Source: Candidatus Aenigmatarchaeota archaeon (lineage in GTDB: Archaea; Aenigmatarchaeota; Aenigmatarchaeia; Aenigmatarchaeales; Aenigmatarchaeaceae). Taken from it: a stretch of 36,338 nucleotides of DNA. The stretch covers positions 1 to 36,338 of the forward strand of contig JBDRJK010000012.1 of NCBI GenBank assembly GCA_043814985.1, given 5' to 3'. Position 1 is the stretch's first letter, and every line of letters starts with the position of its first letter. Below the pieces are notes generated by a model that did not search any database, was not told where the DNA came from, and worked only from the letters and a program-made list of their open reading frames with translations. The translations under genes and the position numbers were made by a program. Of the stretch, positions 8,989-16,595 are shown piece after piece.

Positions 8989-9399
8989 CTACTTGCTCTT
9001 CTTTGCAAAAGGCAGCGGTACTGGCGAGGGCAGCTGCAAGTCGTCACTAAGTATTATGGACTTCTTCGCGCACTTGTTGAATATGGTGTTCACAACCTGG
9101 AGGCTGATGTCTTCCGGAAGCTTCTTTTCCTTCTTCCATAACTCCAGCATCTCCTTGTACTTGTCGTCAACAACCAAGACATCCCCACCAATGATGAACT
9201 CAGCCACTTTCTTGTCTTTGGGAGCTAGATATTGTGTTGAGAACACAAACTCAATTAACAGAGCCTTTTTGTCAAAGCCTGGCAAGCTCTGCTCCTTGAC
9301 ACTCTTCAAGTCTGTAGTGCTGTTAACCTTTACTCCAAAAGTAACTTCTTCATACTTCTTTGCGTCTATATTCTTTATACTCATTCCAACTACTGGCAT
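8989..9399 (-). CDS. conserved archaeal protein, possibly SecB-like fold
   Basis: alternating beta-strand pattern followed by a helix and C-terminal LQLPSPVPLP, reminiscent of SecB-like proteins. Confidence 0.6.
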   Translation of the reverse strand: MPVVGMSIKNIDAKKYEEVTFGVKVNSTTDLKSVKEQSLPGFDKKALLIEFVFSTQYLAPKDKKVAEFIIGGDVLVVDDKYKEMLELWKKEKKLPEDISLQVVNTIFNKCAKKSIILSDDLQLPSPVPLPFAKKSK

Positions 9400-9462
9400 A
9401 ATATCACTGTAAATAATGAGAGCAACAACTATTTATTTGTTTTAGAACTGCTAATAATCTTT

Positions 9463-9966
9463 ATGAGCAAAAGAGTTTTGATGGTAATCGCGCCCAATGA
9501 TTTCAGGGACGAGGAGTTCTTTGAAACCAAAGGTGTTCTGGAGGATTCAGGAATAGAGATAACTGTCGTCAATTCCACAGGCCAGCCCTCAAAAAGCATG
9601 TTCGGCAAGATAGTCACGCCGGACAAGAACTTCTATGATGCTGAAAGTGAGGAATATGATGCAATAGTCTTTGTCGGGGGTCAGGGAACGCATGCTTACT
9701 TCGACAATAAGAGAGCTCTCAACTTGGCTAAGGAATTCAACGAGTCAGGAAAGATAGTTGCGGCAATATGTATAGCCCCTGTGATACTTGCTCGCGCAGG
9801 TTTGCTATCTGGTAAAAAAGCAACAGTGTTTCCATCTGGCAGGAATGAGATTACTGCTGTGGGAACATACACAGGATCTAAAGTTGAGAAGGACGGCAAT
9901 ATAATAACAGGTAATGGTCCAGAAGCAGCAGTTGAATTCGGGAAAGCGATTGCTGAAGCCCTTTAG
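9463..9966 (+). CDS. DJ-1/PfpI family protein
   Basis: FRDEE, YDAIVFVGG, AAICIAP (nucleophile Cys) and IITGNGP motifs. Confidence 0.93.
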   Translation: MSKRVLMVIAPNDFRDEEFFETKGVLEDSGIEITVVNSTGQPSKSMFGKIVTPDKNFYDAESEEYDAIVFVGGQGTHAYFDNKRALNLAKEFNESGKIVAAICIAPVILARAGLLSGKKATVFPSGRNEITAVGTYTGSKVEKDGNIITGNGPEAAVEFGKAIAEAL

Positions 9967-10063
9967 TAAATTTCTTAAACAATGGATTCATATTCTTAAT
10001 AGATAGCCCCGTCGTCTAGTGGTCAAGGACAATGGCCTCTGGAGCCGTAAACGGAGGTTCGAA

Positions 10064-10477
10064 AGATTTATAAGGAGGTATGTTCCTCTTTAAGTCATGA
10101 ATATAAGAACAGCTGGTTTGATAATATGGAAATGTGAAGGAACTAAGAGGGGAAATAAAAGAATGGTTGAAATGTGTAATTCAGATGATTGGATAATTTC
10201 CACCTTTATGAAGTTTCTAATCAAAGAGATGAAAGTTCCAAAAGGAAAGATTAGATTAAGAATATTCCTTCATAAAGACGATGTTGAAAATGAAGCAAAA
10301 AAACATTGGAAAAAAATTACAAACCTAAAAGCAAAAAACTTTACAAAAACGATGTGGAAAAAAAGAGGAAAGTGGAATAAAAAGAAACTCCTCTTTGGAA
10401 CTTTAGTCATAAGAGTACATGATAAAAATCTTTTTAATAAAATAAAAGAGGAAGCTAAAACCTTATAAATCCGAATA
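10064..10477 (+). mobile_element. protein-coding BHB tRNA intron (candidate homing intron)
   Basis: BHB: T-stem, central helix TTCG(10058-61)/CGAA(10472-75), bulges AAA(10062-64) and TAT(10476-78), 11-bp perfect intron helix GATTTATAAGG(10065-75)/CCTTATAAATC(10461-71). Confidence 0.9.
10097..10468 (+). CDS. intron-encoded single-motif LAGLIDADG-like putative homing endonuclease
   Basis: N-terminal helix TAGLIIWKCEGTK (LAGLIDADG-like, acidic E retained), CNSD..II..F..FL, W..IT and GTLVIRV strands; very basic; lies wholly inside the intron. Confidence 0.78.
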   Translation: MNIRTAGLIIWKCEGTKRGNKRMVEMCNSDDWIISTFMKFLIKEMKVPKGKIRLRIFLHKDDVENEAKKHWKKITNLKAKNFTKTMWKKRGKWNKKKLLFGTLVIRVHDKNLFNKIKEEAKTL

Positions 10478-10524
10478 TCCTCCCGGGGCTACTTTTTATT
10501 AATAAAAAAAGCTATTTCTCATAC

Positions 10525-11352
10525 ATGTGGATTGTCAAGGCTTCAGGAGAGACAGAGAAATTTGATATTAGAAAAATCAAAAGAACCTGTTTAAAGTCCG
10601 GGACTTCTAGGAACCTGGCAAACAAGATAGCCAATGAAGTTAAGAAAAAAACTTACAGTGGAATGTCAACAAGGCAAATCCTGCAGATGACCTTGAAACT
10701 TCTTGGAAAACAGAAACCCTTTATCGCAGCAAGGTACGACCTGAAGGGGTCACTGTTCAGGCTGGGACCGGCAGGCTTTGCCTTTGAGAGGTTCATTGCT
10801 GAAATACTGAAGGATAATGGTTTCAAGACAAAGTTGGATACGATGAACAAAGGGTTCTGCGTTGATCACGAGATAGACATAATCGCAACATTGAAAAACA
10901 GGAACTACATGATAGAGTGCAAGTATCACAACCTTCCCGGTATCTACACAGGATTAAGGGAGGCCCTGTACACGTATGCAAGGTTCTTGGATTTGAAAAG
11001 CGGATCAAAGAAGGGATTGTGCAAGGACTTTGATCAGCCTTGGCTTATCTGCAACACCAGATTCTCCGAGGATGCTGTCAAGTACTCAAAATGCGCGGGC
11101 TTGAATCTGGTTGGGTGGGACTACCCAAAGAAAAAGGGCTTGAAGGACCTTATGGAAAAAAACAAGCTTTACCCAATAACCATGATAAGGAATCTTGACA
11201 AGTTCTCCCAGGAAAAGCTGTCAATAGCGGGCTTAGTCTTAATAAAAGACCTTACTGAATTATCTATTAAGGAACTGCACAAGATCACAAAGATTCCCGT
11301 AAAGAAATTAAAAACACTTGTCAACGAGGCAGAGAGGATAACATATGGTTGA
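10525..11352 (+). CDS. ATP-cone plus Mrr-like (PD-(D/E)xK) restriction endonuclease domain protein
   Basis: N-terminal IVKASGETEKFD..KI (ATP cone); GFAFERFIAEIL, HEIDIIA and MIECKYH. Confidence 0.85.
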   Translation: MWIVKASGETEKFDIRKIKRTCLKSGTSRNLANKIANEVKKKTYSGMSTRQILQMTLKLLGKQKPFIAARYDLKGSLFRLGPAGFAFERFIAEILKDNGFKTKLDTMNKGFCVDHEIDIIATLKNRNYMIECKYHNLPGIYTGLREALYTYARFLDLKSGSKKGLCKDFDQPWLICNTRFSEDAVKYSKCAGLNLVGWDYPKKKGLKDLMEKNKLYPITMIRNLDKFSQEKLSIAGLVLIKDLTELSIKELHKITKIPVKKLKTLVNEAERITYG

Positions 11353-12046
11353 TGCAATAGCAATCATACAGGAAAGTTATACATACATCTTTAATCAGAT
11401 ATCTCCAATCATAGGAGAGACCTATTTCCAGTTGTTTTTATTCACATTCGGCTTGTTCTTTTACGCGGTTTTTGTTTGGTACTTCTACAAAACCTTGTCC
11501 AAAAGAGATTTGTTCAAAATAGATTTGGAAAAATACAACCTGCCTTATGTTAAGCATAAAACTTTAGGAAAGGTAGGGAGCGTTCTGGCATATATTTTGA
11601 AGTACGGCCTTATTTTCCCAGTTTTCATATTCATCTGGTTTTTAGTGCTGTCAATATTCTTACTAATACTGACAGAAGAGGCTGTTGTAAGCCAGATACT
11701 CCTGCTTTCAATTGTTGTCGTTTCAACAGTAAGAATAACTTCATACTTCAAGGAGGATCTGTCAAATGATTTGGCAAAACTAGTGCCTTTAGCGCTTCTA
11801 GCAATCTCGTTAACAAAACCAAACTTCTTCGAAATAACAACTACGATAGCGAGATTATCGGAAGTTCCTGTTCTCTGGTCGCAAATATTAGAGTTCCTGA
11901 TATTCTCAATTGTTCTTGAATGGGTTTTGAGAATCCTTTACCTGTCTAAAAGGGGAATTAGTAACAAAAGAACAAGTAAGACTGAAAAACCGCGAGATAT
12001 TAGACAAAAAGAAGTCTACGATGCAGAATCTGTTAATAAGACTTAA
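11345..12046 (+). CDS. hypothetical membrane protein
   Basis: about 5 TM segments; overlaps the previous stop. Confidence 0.8.
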   Translation: MVDAIAIIQESYTYIFNQISPIIGETYFQLFLFTFGLFFYAVFVWYFYKTLSKRDLFKIDLEKYNLPYVKHKTLGKVGSVLAYILKYGLIFPVFIFIWFLVLSIFLLILTEEAVVSQILLLSIVVVSTVRITSYFKEDLSNDLAKLVPLALLAISLTKPNFFEITTTIARLSEVPVLWSQILEFLIFSIVLEWVLRILYLSKRGISNKRTSKTEKPRDIRQKEVYDAESVNKT

Positions 12047-13230
12047 ACCAGAGGGATTCCTGTTATCTTTTCTATTAACAAGCTCAGTGACCTCAAATCA
12101 TTCCTGTCAAGCTCGTGTACATTTACCTTTCCAATTGCTCCTGCTACCATCTTCACTTCCTCGTTGCATGCGTTCAGGAAGTTAGCAACCTTCTTAGAGG
12201 CATCTTCAACATTAAGATTCTTTCTCAGTTCAGGATCCTGGGTCGTGATTCCCATAGGGCATTTGCCTAGATAACATTGCTTGCAGTATGAGCATCCCAT
12301 AGCAACCAGCAGAGGGAATGACATGAAAACCGCATCAGCTCCCAAAGCCAAGGCCTTGGCAACATCTGCTCCCTTGTTGAACCCGCCACCTATTATCAGG
12401 TCTACCTTGGAATTCTTGCCCATGACCTTTCTTGCTTTCACAACTGCTGACAAGGCAGGCGTTCCAAAGTCGTCAAGCATTATTCTAGGTGCAGCTCCTG
12501 TTCCGCCTTCCATACCGTCTATTGCTATCACGTCAGGCTCTGCTTTCAGAGCTAGTTTCACATCCTCCTCAACATTGCCTGCACCTAACTTGATTATGAT
12601 AGGCTTCCCTCCTGTCAGTTCCCTCAACCACTTCACCTTTTCCTTCAGGTCGCTTATCGAGTTTATGTCAGGATGATATGGGGGTGAGTGCACATCCTGT
12701 CCCATTGGAACGTTCCTTACCTTGGATATATCTTCTGTCACCTTGAATCCAGGCAGAAGACCTCCTTGGCCAGGCTTTGCTCCTTGGCCTATTTTGACTT
12801 CAATCGCGTCTGCGCATTTCAGATAATCATCATTGACTCCGAACCTTCCTGTAGAATACTGTGCAATCAGAAGCTTGGCGTTTTCCCTTTCTTGAGGAAG
12901 CATGCCTCCCTCGCCAGTGTTTGTAGTTGTTCCCATAATTGCAGATGCCTTTGCTATTGCAATTTTGGCCTCCTTGCTGAGTGCCCCAAAGCTCATGGCA
13001 CCGACCATTATTGGTATTGAGATTTTCAACGGCTGCTTTGCGTTCTTCCCTATAACAGTCTCAGAAACAATCTTTTCCCTGAAGTAGTCTATTGGCTTTC
13101 TTGCCAGCTGGGCCGGCATGAAAACAAGGTCGTCAAAGCTTATCCTGTTGAGCTTGTCAGACCTGCCGCCAGATACAAGAGGCTTGCCCCTTACTGCTCT
13201 AAGTTTTATTTGAGTTACCCAGTCTTCCAT
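12043..13230 (-). CDS. FMN-binding glutamate synthase family protein (stand-alone archaeal GltB domain 2 type)
   Basis: AMSFGALS, NTGEGG, EVKIGQGAKPGQGG, DGMEGGTGAAP and C-x2-C-x2-C-x4-CP(MGITTQ) Fe-S motif. Confidence 0.93.
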   Translation of the reverse strand: MEDWVTQIKLRAVRGKPLVSGGRSDKLNRISFDDLVFMPAQLARKPIDYFREKIVSETVIGKNAKQPLKISIPIMVGAMSFGALSKEAKIAIAKASAIMGTTTNTGEGGMLPQERENAKLLIAQYSTGRFGVNDDYLKCADAIEVKIGQGAKPGQGGLLPGFKVTEDISKVRNVPMGQDVHSPPYHPDINSISDLKEKVKWLRELTGGKPIIIKLGAGNVEEDVKLALKAEPDVIAIDGMEGGTGAAPRIMLDDFGTPALSAVVKARKVMGKNSKVDLIIGGGFNKGADVAKALALGADAVFMSFPLLVAMGCSYCKQCYLGKCPMGITTQDPELRKNLNVEDASKKVANFLNACNEEVKMVAGAIGKVNVHELDRNDLRSLSLLIEKITGIPLV

Positions 13231-13282
13231 AAAAACCCCAATGAAATATCTATATATTATTCTAACCTTATAAATAATTTAC

Positions 13283-14242
13283 ATGACAGACTACGACATT
13301 ATAATTGTTGGCTTGGGGCCTGCAGGTTTGGCAGCTGGAATCTACGCTGCTAGGAGAAACCTCAAGGTTCTTGTAATTGGGGAGCTTCTAGGAGGCCAGA
13401 TGTCCTGGGCTCATACAGTTGAAAACTATCCAGGAATAGAGCCAATGCCAGGAACAGAGCTGGCTCAGAAAATGAAAAGCCAGGCAGAGAAGTTCGGCTG
13501 CGAAATCAAGATGGAAGCTGTCAAGGGATTTGAACTGAAAGACAAGGTCAAGAAAATAAAGACATCTTCAAAGGAATATGAATGCAAAGCTGTCATATTT
13601 GCCACTGGAAGTCATTACAGGAAACTGGGTGCTGAGGGCGAGAAGGAATTCATAGGCAAGGGCGTTTCTTATTGTTCTACATGCGACGGTCCTTTCTTCA
13701 AGGGCAAAAGGGTTGCTGTTATTGGAGGCGGCAATTCCGCTATCAATGCTGCACTGTATCTCAATGAGATTGCATCCGAGACCTATATAATACACCGCAA
13801 GGACCAGCTTACAGCAGAGGAAGCCAGCCAGAAGAAGCTAAAGGAAACTTCTGTTAAAATCATCTGGGACTCTGTTGTTGAGAAAATAGAGGGTGATCAA
13901 GTTGTCAAGAAAATCATAATCAAAAACATCAAAACTAATGAGACAAGCGAGTTGGAACTGGATGGAGTGTTTGTCGAGATAGGAGAGATACCGACCACTG
14001 ATATTGTCAGCGTTGCTGGGATAGAAGTCAATGAGAGGAACTTTATCAAGGTCAATGAAAACTTTGAAACAAGCATAGAGGGAGTCTATGCTGCAGGCGA
14101 TGTTACTGGTTCATTCGCTCAGATAATAACTGCTGCGGCAGCAGGGGCAGAGGCTGCAACTAATGCTTATCTCTATCTAAAAGGCGGAGTCTACGGCACA
14201 AAGATAACATTTGATTACGGGGAGAAAAAGGCGAAAAAATGA
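13283..14242 (+). CDS. trxB: thioredoxin-disulfide reductase
   Basis: GLGPAGL, VENYPG, GVSYCSTCDG, GGGNSA and YAAGDVTG motifs. Confidence 0.93.
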   Translation: MTDYDIIIVGLGPAGLAAGIYAARRNLKVLVIGELLGGQMSWAHTVENYPGIEPMPGTELAQKMKSQAEKFGCEIKMEAVKGFELKDKVKKIKTSSKEYECKAVIFATGSHYRKLGAEGEKEFIGKGVSYCSTCDGPFFKGKRVAVIGGGNSAINAALYLNEIASETYIIHRKDQLTAEEASQKKLKETSVKIIWDSVVEKIEGDQVVKKIIIKNIKTNETSELELDGVFVEIGEIPTTDIVSVAGIEVNERNFIKVNENFETSIEGVYAAGDVTGSFAQIITAAAAGAEAATNAYLYLKGGVYGTKITFDYGEKKAKK

Positions 14243-14697
14243 GGAAGTCGACCAAGAAGAAAATGATGGGAATATTTATTTCTTTTGCATTTCTGGCCAG
14301 CATAATAACTGGCGCCATATCCTTTGTGTTGCCGTCAGATAACCAGCAGGAAGTCTGGGCCGCCAGATTGGAGATAGTTGTTTTCAACGAACTACAGGAA
14401 ATACCAGCCGAGATTGGTGTTGCAAATGAGACAAGGGAGAAATTATTCACACTTAATAATGACAATATAATATACAAAGTTGTTGACGAGGATGTCAGTT
14501 TGAAGGAATTCTTTGAGATATGGGGAGAGACCTTCAACTCCACCTGTATCATGGACCATTGCAACACTGAGAACAACACTTTGAAGATGTATGTCTGCAG
14601 CAACTGCCTAGAAGTCTATACTGATTTTGTGGAGAACAAGGATTACCAGTTTTATAGAATAAAGGACAGGGATATTGTAAGAATTGATTACCGTTAA
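14239..14697 (+). CDS. membrane-anchored hypothetical protein
   Basis: N-terminal basic stretch plus TM; EIPAEIG and LKEFFEIWG; four Cys; ATGA overlap with trxB. Confidence 0.75.
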   Translation: MRKSTKKKMMGIFISFAFLASIITGAISFVLPSDNQQEVWAARLEIVVFNELQEIPAEIGVANETREKLFTLNNDNIIYKVVDEDVSLKEFFEIWGETFNSTCIMDHCNTENNTLKMYVCSNCLEVYTDFVENKDYQFYRIKDRDIVRIDYR

Positions 14698-16508
14698 TCT
14701 TCTAGAACAGCTCTTATCCTTCTCACACCTGAGGCAATGCTTTTTTCCTTGACTATCTTGAACTTGCCCAATTCTTTTGTGTTCTTGACATGAGGACCGT
14801 TGCATATTTCACAAGAGAAGTCCCCAACAGAATACACAAAGACTTTTTCTCCGTACTTTTCCTTGAAAACAGCTTGTGCTCCCATTTTCTTAGCTTCCTC
14901 AACTGTTGTTTCCATTTTGATAACAGGAATCCCCTTCTTTATCTGCTCATTGACTAAGTCCTCAACATCTTTCAATTCCTTCTCAGTCAGTTTTCTGTCA
15001 AAGTTGAAGTCAAACCTAAGCCTCTCTGGTTTTATGTTTGAACCTTTCTGCATAATATCCTTCTTCAGAACCTTTCTCAATGCTTCATTAAGCAAATGAG
15101 TTGCAGTGTGAAGCCTTACTGTTTTTTTAGAAGTGTCAGCAAGCCCGCTGCCGAATTTCTTTTCAGCTCCAGCCCTAGATAATTTCTGGTGTTTCTCAAA
15201 TTCCTCTTCAAAACCTTTAACATCAACTTCAATTTTGTTTTCCTTTGCGAGTTCCACTGTCATTTCAATTGGGAACCCGTAGCTCTGGAATAGTAGGAAT
15301 GCGTTCTTGCCGTCAATTCTTTTTTTATCCTTAGAGATTTCATTGAACTTTCTCAAACCCTTTGCTAGAGTTTTTCTGAACTTCAGTTCCTCTTTCCTCA
15401 ATTCATCAAGAATAAAATCCCTGTTACTTAACAAATGCGGATAATCGTTTTTGTTAATATCAATAACAACTTTTGCAACATCATTAAGAAACCCTTCTTC
15501 TATTCCCAACATCTTGCCGTGCCTTATTGCCCTTCTTATCAATCTTCTTAGGATGTAACCATGCTCCACATTCTTCGGTACTATCTTTTCTGCCAGAATG
15601 AAAGTCGCAGCCCGGATATGGTCTGTGATTATTCTTATGGAAATCTTCTGACTCTCATCAAGGCTCTTTAAATTTACAAATTCCTTTACCTTTTCTATAA
15701 TAGGCATGAAAGTTTCAGTATCAAAAACGGTTTCTTTTCCTTGGAAAACAGTTAGTACTCTATCAACACCTAGACCAGTGTCAACATTTCTTTGCTTTAG
15801 TTTTTCATAACTGCCGTCTGGTTTCTTATTATATTCCATGAATACATCGTTCCATATTTCAATGAATCTTCCACAGTCACAGCTGGGATGGCACACCTTT
15901 CCGAACTTGGGATTATGTTTCCTACAAGTATCATAGAACATTTCACTGTTCGGGCCGCATGGCCCTGTCTGACCAACAGGTCCCCACCAGCACATCTTCT
16001 TGTCATAAATGAAAATCCTACCGCCTTCAGAAAGAGGCACATTAACTTTCGGTTCAATGCCTACTGTTTTGAATAATTCTGACCAGGCTTTGATGGACTC
16101 CTCGTCCCTTGGAGCGTTTTCATCGCCTTCAAAGGCGCTTACATAAATCCTCTTCGGGTCTAGACCAAGAATGCTTGTCAGGAATTCAAAGCTCCATTCA
16201 ATTGCCTCTTTCTTGAAATAATCGCCTAGTGACCAGTTGCCTAACATCTCAAAAAAAGTAAGGTGTCTATTGTCACCAATCTCGTCTATGTCATCACACC
16301 TGAAGCATTTCTGGACATTCACCAGTCTCTTTCCCCGTGGATGCGGTTGACCCAACAGAAAAGGAACCAGAGGATGCATGCCTGCTGTTGTAAACAGAAC
16401 AGTAGGATCATTCTCGGGAATAAGCGAAGCATTGGGAATAACATTGTGCCCCTTCTGCTTGAAGAACTCTATGTACAGTTTTTTCAGCTTTTCCGAATCC
16501 ATTTTCAT
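14694..16508 (-). CDS. alaS: alanyl-tRNA synthetase, short form lacking the C-Ala domain
   Basis: LFTTAGMHP, HLTFFEMLGNWSLGDYFK, DTGLG, HTATHLL, CNGPHV and GVRRI; about 600 aa; start may be 16508 or 16502. Confidence 0.96.
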   Translation of the reverse strand: MKMDSEKLKKLYIEFFKQKGHNVIPNASLIPENDPTVLFTTAGMHPLVPFLLGQPHPRGKRLVNVQKCFRCDDIDEIGDNRHLTFFEMLGNWSLGDYFKKEAIEWSFEFLTSILGLDPKRIYVSAFEGDENAPRDEESIKAWSELFKTVGIEPKVNVPLSEGGRIFIYDKKMCWWGPVGQTGPCGPNSEMFYDTCRKHNPKFGKVCHPSCDCGRFIEIWNDVFMEYNKKPDGSYEKLKQRNVDTGLGVDRVLTVFQGKETVFDTETFMPIIEKVKEFVNLKSLDESQKISIRIITDHIRAATFILAEKIVPKNVEHGYILRRLIRRAIRHGKMLGIEEGFLNDVAKVVIDINKNDYPHLLSNRDFILDELRKEELKFRKTLAKGLRKFNEISKDKKRIDGKNAFLLFQSYGFPIEMTVELAKENKIEVDVKGFEEEFEKHQKLSRAGAEKKFGSGLADTSKKTVRLHTATHLLNEALRKVLKKDIMQKGSNIKPERLRFDFNFDRKLTEKELKDVEDLVNEQIKKGIPVIKMETTVEEAKKMGAQAVFKEKYGEKVFVYSVGDFSCEICNGPHVKNTKELGKFKIVKEKSIASGVRRIRAVLED

Positions 16509-16595
16509 AACTATCAATAATAAAATATTCGTAAGTCTTTTTATAAATCAATAACTAGAAAGATCAAAGGAAAAAATAAAAACACTCGGACGGGT

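Larger units (their letters stand above)
10005..10491 (+). tRNA. tRNA-Gln(CTG) interrupted by a 414-nt intron at 59/60; exons 10005-10063 and 10478-10491
   Basis: acceptor AGCCCCG/CGGGGCT with A1-U72 typical of archaeal tRNA-Gln; anticodon stem ATGGC/GCCGT with loop CT-CTG-GA; T-stem GGAGG/CCTCC; spliced T-loop TTCGAAT; discriminator A, no encoded CCA; T-run follows. Confidence 0.95.

Noticed and set aside
10005..10491. Integrative element using the tRNA as an att site, or a trans-spliced split tRNA or group I intron
   Set aside because: There is no duplicated tRNA end or integrase. The halves are collinear and joined by a strict BHB, and the ORF leaves no room for a ribozyme core.
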